A DNA stretch of 64,000 bases from Longimicrobiales bacterium (lineage in GTDB: Bacteria; Gemmatimonadota; Gemmatimonadetes; Longimicrobiales; Gaopeijiaceae): positions 47,062-111,061 of the forward strand of contig CBDDCX010000004.1 in NCBI GenBank assembly GCA_965226375.1, read 5' to 3'. The first letter of the stretch is position 1. Every line of letters begins with the position of its first letter. Made by a program: the position numbers and the translations under genes. The notes beneath the pieces are model-generated. The model ran no database searches. It was not told the DNA's origin and saw only the letters and a list, made by a program, of their open reading frames with translations. Shown here in pieces: positions 21,344 through 30,859 of this stretch.

Positions 21344-21802
21344 ATGATGATGATGACCCCGATGATGAAGTTGGTAGCGGGAATGATGGGACTGGCCTTG
21401 CTGCTTCCTGCCTCCGCGGTCGCTCAGTCCCCCAAGGAGAGTGCGGCGGTGGAACGGGCCGCTCTGGACTATCTCGAAGGCTTCTATGAGGGCTCCACCG
21501 ACAAGATTCGCCGAGGGGTTCACCCCGACGTGGTCAAGTTCGGGTTCGCGAAGCAGGACGGGTCCTATAGCGAAAGTCCCATGTCGTTCGACGAGATGTT
21601 GGCCTATGCGACTCGCGTGAAGGAGAGCGGTCGCACCCGCGATGAGAACACCGTGAAACGGGTCGAAATCCTCGACATCCTCGACCAGACCGCCGCGGTG
21701 AAGGTCTACGCCTGGTGGGGCAGCGACTACCTACACATGGCCAAGTACGAGGGCGACTGGAAGATCGTCCAGGTTCTCTGGCAGACGCCACCTACGGACT
21801 AA
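21344..21802 (+). CDS. Secreted NTF2-like (lumazine-binding-like) protein
   Basis: ALDYLEGFYEG...DYLHMAKYEGDWKIVQVLW; start uncertain among several Met. Confidence 0.78.
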   Translation: MMMMTPMMKLVAGMMGLALLLPASAVAQSPKESAAVERAALDYLEGFYEGSTDKIRRGVHPDVVKFGFAKQDGSYSESPMSFDEMLAYATRVKESGRTRDENTVKRVEILDILDQTAAVKVYAWWGSDYLHMAKYEGDWKIVQVLWQTPPTD

Positions 21803-21861
21803 GCGTTCTCCGTGGTACCGGGGCCGACGAAGAAGAACCGGAGGGCGGGGAGCGGCCGTCG

Positions 21862-23004
21862 ATGAGTGATACCGCCGACGTGGTCGTCATTGGCGCGGGG
21901 ATCACCGGCGCCTCCTCGGCGTGGCACCTGGCCTCTCGGGGCCTGAGCGTGACCGTGCTCGAAAAGGACATCGCTCCCGCCATGGGGTCCACCGGGAAGA
22001 GCGCAGCCGGTGTTCGGGTGCAGTTCACCACCGAGGCCAACATTCGCCTGTCCATGTACTCCCTACCCATCTATCGGGAGTTCAAGGAGCGGCATGGCCA
22101 CGACGTGGGGTATCGGGACATCGGGTATCTCTTGCTCGTGCCCCACGAGAAGTGGGAGCGACACCTCGAGTCGGTCGAGTTACAGAGAAGCCTGGGAGCC
22201 CCCGTCGAGGTCCTGGACCCCGTCGAGGCGCAACGGTACGTCAGCTTCGAGACCGAGGACCTGGCGGGTGCCACCTACGGCCCTTGGGATGGCGTGATCG
22301 ATCCTCACATGGCCACGCACGCCTGGGTCTCCATGGGTAAAGACCTCGGTGTGGACTACCGGCTCAACTCACCCGTGACCAGCATCGAGCGGAGCGGGAC
22401 CGGGTGGGTGGTCCAAAGCGAGACGAAGGCCGTCCACTGCGGACATGTCGTCAACGCCGCGGGAGCATGGTCCGCTCAGATCGGCTCGCTCGCCGGCCTC
22501 GATGTGCCCGTCGGACCCAAGCGCATCCAGATCTTTCTCAGTGCGCCGATCGATGACCCGCGCACCTACCCGCTCACCATCGATCTCACCACCGGTGTGT
22601 ACTTGAGAAGCGAAGGAAATCGCATCCTCTTCGGCCGAGACGATCTAGATCAGGACTTCGGATTCACCGAGGGGATGGATTGGGACTGGTTGGAGCACGT
22701 GCTCCTCACCGGCGTGCCTCGATATCCCTGGTGGGAAGACCTGGGCGTCGACCGGAAGGGGAGCTGGTGGGGATACTACGCCGTGTCGCCCGACAACAGT
22801 CCGATTATCGGCCCCAACCCCGGCGCCGAGCGATGGATCGACGCGTGTGGGTTCTCCGGCCATGGAATCATGCACGCGCCGGTGGCGGGCCTTGCCGTGT
22901 CGGAATTCGTCGCGGACGGGAAGTCACACACGTTGGACATGAGCCCGTTCCGGCACGGACGTTTCGGGGAGGAAGGCTTGGCCGTGGAGACGAACATCTT
23001 CTAG
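21862..23004 (+). CDS. FAD-dependent oxidoreductase (DAO / sarcosine oxidase beta-like)
   Basis: VVIGAGITG, GSTGKSAAG, VVNAAGAW, GFSGHGIM. Confidence 0.9.
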   Translation: MSDTADVVVIGAGITGASSAWHLASRGLSVTVLEKDIAPAMGSTGKSAAGVRVQFTTEANIRLSMYSLPIYREFKERHGHDVGYRDIGYLLLVPHEKWERHLESVELQRSLGAPVEVLDPVEAQRYVSFETEDLAGATYGPWDGVIDPHMATHAWVSMGKDLGVDYRLNSPVTSIERSGTGWVVQSETKAVHCGHVVNAAGAWSAQIGSLAGLDVPVGPKRIQIFLSAPIDDPRTYPLTIDLTTGVYLRSEGNRILFGRDDLDQDFGFTEGMDWDWLEHVLLTGVPRYPWWEDLGVDRKGSWWGYYAVSPDNSPIIGPNPGAERWIDACGFSGHGIMHAPVAGLAVSEFVADGKSHTLDMSPFRHGRFGEEGLAVETNIF

Positions 23005-23156
23005 GGGTCTCACGCCTAAGCGATCTCGACGATAGGCTCATTCGAGTATTCTGCCGTCCCGCCTCCGCCGGCAGATTCATCGGTATGAACGAGCGCCCAG
23101 CCATTCGCCGTCGTCAGATCCGCCGGAGAGTCGAGGCAGGCCCAGGCCTCGATCTC

Positions 23157-24206
23157 ATGAAGAACTCGAACAGGGCTCCCCCGCAGCAGCAAGAGAGGTG
23201 GGATCGAGACAAGTTTCTCAGGCGAGTCGTGGCTCTGATACGACGTAGGCATCTTAGCACGCGCACCGAGAAGACCTATGTGCGTTGGATTCGCCGCTAC
23301 CTGTCTTACCACGGGAGCAAGGATCCGGTGGCGATGGCGAGTCCCGAGATCGACCAGTTCCTATCCCACCTGGCCGATGAGCTCGGGCTGGGCGCCGACT
23401 CCCAAAACCAGGCTGCATCATCGATCGCGTTCCTCTACAGAGAGCTCTATGGATGGGACCTGGCCGCACGTGAGGGCATCACCCGGGCGAAGGAACCCCA
23501 TGTACTGCCGAAGTACGCTCCCCCTGAAGAGGTGGATCGTTTCATGGCGGAGTTGCACGGGCTACCGCTGCTGGCGTCGACCATCATCTACGGTGCGGGG
23601 CCACGGGTGAGTGAGGTCGTGGCCATTAGAGTGAAGGACCTGAACCTGACGAACAGGGAGTTGATGATCCGCTCGGGGAAGGGAAACAAGGATCGCATCA
23701 CCGTTCTCCCGACCGCCGCCATCAGCTCGATCAGAGACCAGATCGAAGCCGTCGCCGACCAACATGCGCTGGATCTGGAGGCCGATCACGGCTGGGCATA
23801 CCTTCCGGGTGCCTTGCATCGGAAGGATCCCGAGGCCGGGTGGGACCTGGCATGGCAGTTCCTCTTCCCTTCCACCAAGATCACCGAGGACAAAAAAACG
23901 AAGCGAAGGGGACGTCGCCCCATCCACATCACGAGCATCCAACGCCCGATCAAGAACGCATGGCGTAGGTCCGGCGTGCATAGTCCGATCACTGCGCACG
24001 TGCTCCGCCACTGCTTCGCCACCGAACTGGCTCGCTCCGGGTGCGACATGCGCACGCTTCAGCAGCTCATGGGTCACAACGACATCCGCACAACGATGCG
24101 ATATCTCCACTTCCTGGACCGACCCGGACTGAACATTGAGAGCCCATTCGACCGACTTCCGAGCCAGCAGAAGAACCGGCTCGAGACCGAATTGTTAGAT
24201 GGGTGA
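23157..24206 (+). CDS. intI: Integron integrase (tyrosine recombinase)
   Basis: HLSTRTEKTYVRWIRRY, SQNQA, RSGKGNKDR, integron-specific insert YLPGALHRKDPEAGWDLAWQFLFPS, HVLRHCFAT, LMGHNDIRTTMRY. Confidence 0.93.
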   Translation: MKNSNRAPPQQQERWDRDKFLRRVVALIRRRHLSTRTEKTYVRWIRRYLSYHGSKDPVAMASPEIDQFLSHLADELGLGADSQNQAASSIAFLYRELYGWDLAAREGITRAKEPHVLPKYAPPEEVDRFMAELHGLPLLASTIIYGAGPRVSEVVAIRVKDLNLTNRELMIRSGKGNKDRITVLPTAAISSIRDQIEAVADQHALDLEADHGWAYLPGALHRKDPEAGWDLAWQFLFPSTKITEDKKTKRRGRRPIHITSIQRPIKNAWRRSGVHSPITAHVLRHCFATELARSGCDMRTLQQLMGHNDIRTTMRYLHFLDRPGLNIESPFDRLPSQQKNRLETELLDG

Positions 24207-24328
24207 CCCCGCAGCCCAATCGATTATCGCAGACCCAACCTCGTGCCGAGCGTCAGCATCGGTGCGACTTTTCGGGCCCCTCGTTGCGCTCGCGCCGCCA
24301 TCCGCCCCATCCTGAAGCGCAGAACGCA

Positions 24329-24347
24329 ATCCAATTAGTAGTTAGGC
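24329..24347 (+). mobile_element. Putative attI simple site
   Basis: ATCCAAT (inverse-core-like) + 5-bp spacer TAGTA + GTTAGGC (GTTRRRY), same geometry as attI1; followed by GGAGGAGG and an ATG. Confidence 0.65.
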
Positions 24348-24368
24348 GGCGCACCCGGAGGAGGCGAG

Positions 24369-25244
24369 ATGTCAGGTCAGAGGCGTGTAACCTTGTCGCC
24401 AGGTAAGAACGACGGCGATGCCGTCACGAATCTCTCGAGACGCGACGTGGTGAAGATGACTGCCGGTGCCGGTGCTTACCTAGCGCTCAGTGGTTGTGGC
24501 ATCTCCGAAGTCACTGCGGGGCTGGTCACCAAGCCCATTCCGTCCTCGGGAGAACAGATACCAGTCATTGGCATCGGAACCGCCCGGGACCGCTTCACCC
24601 TGGACCTGCCCCCTGAAGACATTGCGATGCGCAAGCAGGTGTTCCAGGAGTTCACAGCCATGGGTGGCCGCATGCTCGACGTGTACATAGGCGAGGACAC
24701 CGAGACCCTGTGCGGTGATTTGATTCAGGAACTGGGCAACCGCGACCAATTCTTCATCGCCACGAAGGAGGATGTCGGTCCGGCGGTCCGTGACGGTGCC
24801 GATCCTCGGGAAGCCGGCATGGACCGGATGAACGCATCCTTTCGCCGTTTCAACACCGACGTCATCGATCTGATGCAGATCCCGAACCTGACGGACTGGG
24901 AAAACCAACTGCCGATCCTGCGTGAGGGGAAGCAAGAGGGTCGCTTCCGATACATCGGCGTGACCGTGTGGAGAAACGCCCAGCACGAGGCCCTCGAGTC
25001 GGTGATGCGGCGGGAAGACCTGGATTTCGTGCAGCTCGACTACTCCCTTGAGGACCGCCAGTCCGAAGAGCGCCTGTTGCCCCTGGCCGCCGACCGAGGT
25101 ATGGCCGTAATGATCAACGTGCCTTTCCGCCGCGGCCTCGTCTTCCAGCGCCTGGGCGAGCGGGAATTGCCTGGTTGGGCCACTGAGCTGGGGACGGGCG
25201 CCCCCGGGGCCCGATCACCAATGCCCGCATCCATAACGCAATGA
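24369..25244 (+). pseudogene. Aldo/keto reductase with Tat-like leader, C-terminally truncated
   Basis: KPIPSSGEQIPVIGIGT, RYIGVT, DFVQLDYS; AKR-like sequence stops at LPGWATELG (~25192); DLMQIPNL has Pro where His is usual. Confidence 0.72.
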
Positions 25245-25924
25245 TGCGGGCCTCCGAGGCGCTGGATGCGGTGATCCGCCGAGAGCGGGCGTGGTTGGAC
25301 CTCAATGCTTTGAGGCTTTACACCCATCCAGGATTCCGCTTGGTCTTCACGGAATTCTTGGTGCGGGTGTATCACGGAATGCACACGGCCACGGCGTTGA
25401 TGGAGGCGGCCCGGATTCGCAGTGCCGTTCTGGCAACGGCGTGTCCGGTTGCGGCCCGTCTGGTACCCTATTGGGATAAGCACATCCGGGAAGAAGCGGG
25501 GCACGACGAATGGCTTCTGGATGACATGCGGGGGCTCGGCATGGACGTGGATGGCCTTCTGGGCGTGCCGCCGACTCCGGACGTGGCCGAACTGATGGGA
25601 ACGCTCCACTTCTGGGTGCTGCACACCCACCCGGTAGCCGCCGTCGGCTACTTCTACTTCGTCGAGCGCAATGTGCCTAATACGGAGACCGTCGATTACA
25701 TGGCACGCGCGGCGGGTATCGAGCCCACGCATCTGAAGACGTTCCACCGACACGCGGCGATCGATGTAGCTCATGGGCATGAACTGGAGGAGCTCGTCGA
25801 CAGCCTGCCACTCACGGCCCAACATCGGGATCTTCTGGCCGTGGCTACTTCGACGGTGATCCGCCAGATCGGCAGGCGAACGGAGGCACTTCTCCTCCGG
25901 GCGGAGCAAGCCGCCGCGTCCTAG
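25241..25924 (+). CDS. Heme-oxygenase-like diiron (iron-containing redox) enzyme
   Basis: HIREEAGHDEW, YFYFVE and HAAIDVAH metal-ligand motifs; may be 5'-truncated. Confidence 0.75.
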   Translation: MMRASEALDAVIRRERAWLDLNALRLYTHPGFRLVFTEFLVRVYHGMHTATALMEAARIRSAVLATACPVAARLVPYWDKHIREEAGHDEWLLDDMRGLGMDVDGLLGVPPTPDVAELMGTLHFWVLHTHPVAAVGYFYFVERNVPNTETVDYMARAAGIEPTHLKTFHRHAAIDVAHGHELEELVDSLPLTAQHRDLLAVATSTVIRQIGRRTEALLLRAEQAAAS

Positions 25925-25990
25925 CGAGTGGGCTCCGCTTCTCCACGACACCAGAGCAAATCAGCGATCCCTCAACTTTCGGTGGCTCCC

Positions 25991-26476
25991 ATGAAGTCGA
26001 CTTTGATTCAACTCTCGATGTTCAGTCTGATCCTTCTTTTCCCCTCGCTTGGCGAAGCCCAGACGCTCGCCGAGCTCGATGCCTACTGGGCCGAGGTGAC
26101 CCGGACGGTCGAAGAGGGTGATTTCGAGGGTTATAGCCGCCTCTATCATCCCGATGCAGTTCTGGTCTCTTCGGGATCGGGGGCCAGCCATCCGATTTCG
26201 CAGGCACTCGTGGGATGGGAGAAGGACTTCGACGCTACGCGCCAGGGAAAGGCCCGATCCAGCGTCACGTTCCGTTTCACTCAGCGGCTTCATGACGAGA
26301 CCACCGCGCACGAGTCAGGGATGTTCCGCTACACGGCCAAGCTCGAGGACGGAAGTGAGACGGTCGGCACGGTCCATTTCGAGGGACTGCTGGTGCGGAA
26401 AGACGGGGTTTGGCTGATGGTGATGGAGTACCAAAAGCAGCCGGCCACGGACGAGGAGTGGGAGATGGTGAACTGA
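25991..26476 (+). CDS. Secreted NTF2-like/DUF4440 protein
   Basis: Signal peptide; EGDFEGYSRLYHPDAV...AHESGMF...WLMVMEYQ. Confidence 0.75.
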   Translation: MKSTLIQLSMFSLILLFPSLGEAQTLAELDAYWAEVTRTVEEGDFEGYSRLYHPDAVLVSSGSGASHPISQALVGWEKDFDATRQGKARSSVTFRFTQRLHDETTAHESGMFRYTAKLEDGSETVGTVHFEGLLVRKDGVWLMVMEYQKQPATDEEWEMVN

Positions 26477-26521
26477 CGCTCCCTCGACGGTTGCACCGCC
26501 AGTGTGCCGGTCGGTGGGACC

Positions 26522-27001
26522 TCAGGGTGCGAGGGAAGCGATCAGCAGGTCGACGTTTTCGGTTACCTGGCAGTATTCTAGATCGAAGTTGCCGCACTCC
26601 CCGACCTCGAAGAGCCTGGTTCCATACGGCTCACCCGATGCGATCCACGTGTTGAAGGCGTCGTCCGTCCTGGTGGAGGTGAGCCATGCGACCACTCGCC
26701 AACCGGGGCGGGTGGTGGTCCCTATGGGGCTTATTCTTTGCAGGGTGTAGTCGTGCGGAAAGGTCAGCCCCTCTAGTGGTTCGATGAGCCAAAGATCGTC
26801 GAGTGGATCTGCAGGAGGGGCCGGCGACATCGAGACGTTCCAGGGAGTGTCGCTCGGGTACGCACGCATGACGAGCGTGGCGTAGCTGCTCAAATCAATG
26901 TCGGAAGCCAGCGAAAGCTGCCCGCTCGCACCGGGGCTTGCCGGGTCACATGCCTGGGAGAAAAGGACCAGGGGGACGAGAATCAGGTGTGCGCAGCGCA
27001 T
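26522..27001 (-). CDS. Hypothetical lipoprotein
   Basis: Lipobox-like FSQAC, GGAG RBS, 159 aa. Confidence 0.6.
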   Translation of the reverse strand: MRCAHLILVPLVLFSQACDPASPGASGQLSLASDIDLSSYATLVMRAYPSDTPWNVSMSPAPPADPLDDLWLIEPLEGLTFPHDYTLQRISPIGTTTRPGWRVVAWLTSTRTDDAFNTWIASGEPYGTRLFEVGECGNFDLEYCQVTENVDLLIASLAP

Positions 27002-27036
27002 GTTGGTCTCCAGGCTGAGCTGCCGACGTCTGACGA

Positions 27037-27156
27037 GCCGACGAGCCCTTAAGCACGATTCTAGCTCTAGCCATGGAGCCTGGGCAAACAGAGTGCCCGT
27101 AGAGCGTTCGCTTGCTGCTGGAGTAGGTAGGCCGCATGTTAAGCTGCATGTTCGGC
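27037..27156 (+). mobile_element. Degenerate attC site (~120 bp)
   Basis: R'' GCCGA-C (27037), L'' CTTAAGCA with an extra G (27048) pairing with L' TGTTAAG (27137), R' GTTCGGC (27150). Confidence 0.6.
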
Positions 27157-27216
27157 TGGCAGCAGTTCTTCGCAGTTCACCGCTGATCGTCGGGCGCTGC
27201 GATCAAGCTCCGTTTC

Positions 27217-27957
27217 ATGATCCGTTGGATCCCTCTTGTGGTGCTCTGCGCTCCTGCGGTGGCTACCGCTCAGGCCGCGGACCTGGAGCAGGGCAAGCAG
27301 CTCTTCGAGAGCCTATGCGGCAGCTGCCACGGGCCTTTGGGCAACGGCGGAAGAGGCGCAAACCTCGCACAACCGCGGCTGCGCCACGCGACGGACGATC
27401 AGGCTCTCCAGAACGTCATCCGTCGTGGGATCCGCGGTACGGAGATGCCGAGGCACACCTTCCTCAACCCGGGTAAGCTCGCGAGTGTTGCGGCCTACGT
27501 GAAAACGCCCGGCCGCGTGGCGCCGGAGCAGATCCCCGGGAATGCGAGCCGAGGCGAGACGGTCTACACGTCGCTCGACTGCGCGATGTGCCACACTGTT
27601 GGTGGCCAGGGAGGTATTGTCGGACCTGTCCTCGACGAGATCGGCGCGCGCCGAAGCGCAGCCCACATCAAGGCCGCGCTCATCGAGCCCGAGGCCTTTA
27701 CGCCAGAGGGTTATCTCCAGCTCAGGGCCGTCACGAAGGAGGGCGTTGCTCTGACCGGGATGCGGATAAATGAGGCCGGGTTCTCGGTTCAGTTCCGGGA
27801 CTTTTCGGAGGGGCTCCACTCCTTCTGGAAGGATGAGCTCGACGTTCTCGAAAAGCAGTGGCAGCGCTCGCCCATGGCGAGCTACGAGGGGAGACTGACG
27901 TCCGAGCAGATGGACGATCTGGTCGCCTATCTGGTATCGCTCAAGGGATCGACATGA
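27217..27957 (+). CDS. Diheme c-type cytochrome
   Basis: Signal peptide, CGSCH and CAMCH motifs. Confidence 0.88.
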   Translation: MIRWIPLVVLCAPAVATAQAADLEQGKQLFESLCGSCHGPLGNGGRGANLAQPRLRHATDDQALQNVIRRGIRGTEMPRHTFLNPGKLASVAAYVKTPGRVAPEQIPGNASRGETVYTSLDCAMCHTVGGQGGIVGPVLDEIGARRSAAHIKAALIEPEAFTPEGYLQLRAVTKEGVALTGMRINEAGFSVQFRDFSEGLHSFWKDELDVLEKQWQRSPMASYEGRLTSEQMDDLVAYLVSLKGST

Positions 27958-29549
27958 GAGGATTCACGCTGAAGGCGCTCTTTCTCCTGTTGCTAGCCAC
28001 GGTACCCCTGTCCGCCCAGGTCCCCTATGAGCGGATCCTCAACGCCTCGTCCGAGCCAGGAAGCTGGCTGACCTACTCCGGCTCGTACGGAGCACAGCGC
28101 TATTCGACGCTGGACCAGATCCACCGTGACAATGTGGACGAGCTTCAGCCCGCTTGGGTCTACCAGACCCGATCGACTCAGAAGTTCGAGGTGTCGCCGC
28201 TCGTCGTCGACGGCGTCATGTACATCACCGAGCCGCCGAGTGATGCTACGGCTCTCGACCTACGCACCGGGCGTCCAATCTGGAGTTACCGTCGCTCGCT
28301 CCCCGAGGGCATCGTGACGTGTTGCGGCCAGGTGAACCGCGGAGTGGCCCTCCTCGACGATCAGGTCTTCCTGGGGACCGTCGATGCCCATCTGGTCGCG
28401 CTCGACGCGCGCACCGGCCGGGTAAATTGGGATATCGAGGTAGCCGACTTCTCGGGCGGGTATGCGATCACCGTCGCGCCGCTCGCGCTGAAAGACAAGA
28501 TCATCGTGGGCATCGCCGGCGGCGAGTACGGCATCCGCGGATTTCTCGACGCCTACGATCCGATCACGGGCGATCGGCTCTGGCGCTTCTGGACGGTGCC
28601 CGGGCCGGGCGAGCCCGGTCACGACACCTGGGCCGGAGACAGCTGGGAACGGGGCGGGGCCCCCACCTGGGTGACCGGCACCTACGATCCCGAGTTCGAC
28701 CTTCTCTATTGGGGAACGGGCAACCCGGGCCCCGACTTCATCGGCGAGGTGCGCGAGGGCGACAACCTCTTTTCCGAGTCCCTACTCGCGCTCGATCCCG
28801 ACACCGGGGAGCTGCAGTGGTATTTCCAGTTTCTCCCGCACGACATCCACGACTACGACTCCACGCAGATTCCCGTGCTCGTCGACGCGGAATTCGAGGG
28901 CGAGCCCCGGAAGCTCGTGTTGTTCCCGAACCGGAACGCCTTCTACTACGTGATCGACCGGGTCACGGGCGAGTTCCTGGTCGGGAAGCCGTTCGCAAGG
29001 CAGAACTGGGCTTTTGGGCTGGACGAGAACGGCCGGCCCATCGAGAACCCCGCGACGATCCCCAGCTACGAGGGCGCGCTCGTCTATCCCGACGACGACG
29101 GGGCCGCCAACTGGTACAGCCCCAGCTATAGCCCGCAGACCAACCTCATCTACCAGAACGTCCGCGAGAAGGGGGCCACCTACTACCTCTCCGACGCGAA
29201 CTAGGAGCCGGGCAAGATCTACATGGGTGCCAGCCGGCGCATCGTTGCGGGAGAGGATCCCCGGGGATTCCTGCGTGCCCTCGATGCCATGACGGGTGAT
29301 CTGGTCTGGGAGATCGAGGTGCACACGCCACCCTGGGGCGGACTCATGTCCACCGCGGGCGGGTTGGTGTTCTCCGGGACCATCGAGGGCGACTTCTTTG
29401 CTGCGGACGCGGCGAGCGGAGACGTTCTCTGGCGATTCCAAACGGGGGGGCGGGTCTACGCCAACCCGATCACATATATGAGCGAGGGCCGGCAGTTCAT
29501 CGCCATCGCGGCAGGCAGCGGACTCTTCACGTTCGCGCTGCCGGAATGA
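27954..29549 (+). pseudogene. PQQ-dependent dehydrogenase (methanol/ethanol family) interrupted by an in-frame TAG
   Basis: CCGQVNRG, WGTGNPGP, PHDIHDYD, NPITY; TAG at 29202-29204, and the frame resumes to a normal C-terminus. Confidence 0.85.
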
Positions 29550-29591
29550 CCGTAACGAACCCGTACGATTCCTTCTCTCTGGAGAGGTACC

Positions 29592-30848
29592 ATGAGCAGC
29601 AACTCTGTATCCCGCCGCCGCTTCCTGCAGAGCGCCGGTGCGGCAGCCGTCGTCGGCCCCGCGGCCGCTCTTGTCAGCCCGACGTCAGTGAAGGGCTACA
29701 CATCAGGCGAGATGCACGCCCTCGGCTCCGAGGGGCTGAAGGAAGTCGACGTGTCGAAGTGGGATCTCGACACACCGGCTCTTCTGGTCGATCTCGACGG
29801 ACTCGAGGCGAACCTGGCCACCATGCAGCAGACGGTACAGCGTAACGGGATCGCGAGTCGTCCCCACGCGAAGACGCACAAGACTCCCGCGATCGCACGG
29901 CTTCAGCTCGCGAGCGGCTCCGTTGGCATCTGCACCGCCAAGGTCGGCGAGGCCATCGTGATGTACGAGCACGGCATCGACAAGATCCTCATGACGACGA
30001 CCAACGTCACGCCGCACAAGATCGAACGGGCGATGGGTCTGAGCAGGTGGTGCCCCGGATTCGTGCAGGCGACCGACACCCCCATGAACGCGCGTCTCCT
30101 TTCCGAGGCGGCAGAGGCGGTCGGCATCGTGGCCGATGTGGTGGTCGACGTGGCCGCCGGGCAGCGCACCGGCATTCCCCCGGGGCAGCCCGCCCTCGAA
30201 TTGGCGCAACTGATCGACCAGCTGCCCGGGCTCCGGCTGCGCGGAATGCTGTGCTACGACGGCGGGGCGCAGCACGTGAAGGGGTTCGATGCCCGCAAAA
30301 CTCGAGCGCTCGAACGACTCGTGCCGGCCTCAGAGACGTTCGCTCTGATGCAGCGATCGGGTTTGAACACGGAGATCTTCAGCGGTGGAGGCACCGGCAC
30401 CTACAACATCGACCACGAGACGTCGGGCGTTACCGACGTTCAGGTGGGCAGTTATGTGTTCTTGGACGCTCAGTACCTGGGGATCGGCGGGGAGACCAAC
30501 GCCGAGGTGTATACGGACTTCCAGCCATCTCTGACCATCCTCACCACGGTGCTCAACGATCGATACGAAGGGCGAGCCACGACCGACGCGGGCGCCAAGG
30601 CGTGCACCATCAACCGGCCGTGGCCGATCGTCAAAGGCGAGACCGGAATGAGCTATACATCGGGCTCGGACGAGTTCGGCACGCTCCGTTACGAGGACCC
30701 GTCGAGGACCTACAAGGTGGGAGACAAACTCGAGGTGATCGTGTCGCACTGCGACCCGGTGGTGAATCTCTACGATCAGATGTATGCGATTCGGAACGAC
30801 CGGGTGGAGGCCGTGTGGCGGATCGCGGCGCGGGGGATATCCGTTTAG
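29592..30848 (+). CDS. DSD1/D-threonine aldolase family PLP enzyme with Tat-like leader
   Basis: LDTPALLVD, RPHAKTHK, SGGGTGTY, HCDPVVNLYD; SRRRFLQ. Confidence 0.88.
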   Translation: MSSNSVSRRRFLQSAGAAAVVGPAAALVSPTSVKGYTSGEMHALGSEGLKEVDVSKWDLDTPALLVDLDGLEANLATMQQTVQRNGIASRPHAKTHKTPAIARLQLASGSVGICTAKVGEAIVMYEHGIDKILMTTTNVTPHKIERAMGLSRWCPGFVQATDTPMNARLLSEAAEAVGIVADVVVDVAAGQRTGIPPGQPALELAQLIDQLPGLRLRGMLCYDGGAQHVKGFDARKTRALERLVPASETFALMQRSGLNTEIFSGGGTGTYNIDHETSGVTDVQVGSYVFLDAQYLGIGGETNAEVYTDFQPSLTILTTVLNDRYEGRATTDAGAKACTINRPWPIVKGETGMSYTSGSDEFGTLRYEDPSRTYKVGDKLEVIVSHCDPVVNLYDQMYAIRNDRVEAVWRIAARGISV

Positions 30849-30859
30849 ATAAGCGGAAG

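Noticed and set aside
23012..23040. GCCTAAG...TAGGC as a canonical upstream attI/attC
   Set aside because: No GTT core or L/R spacing; more likely a weak hairpin after the oxidoreductase gene
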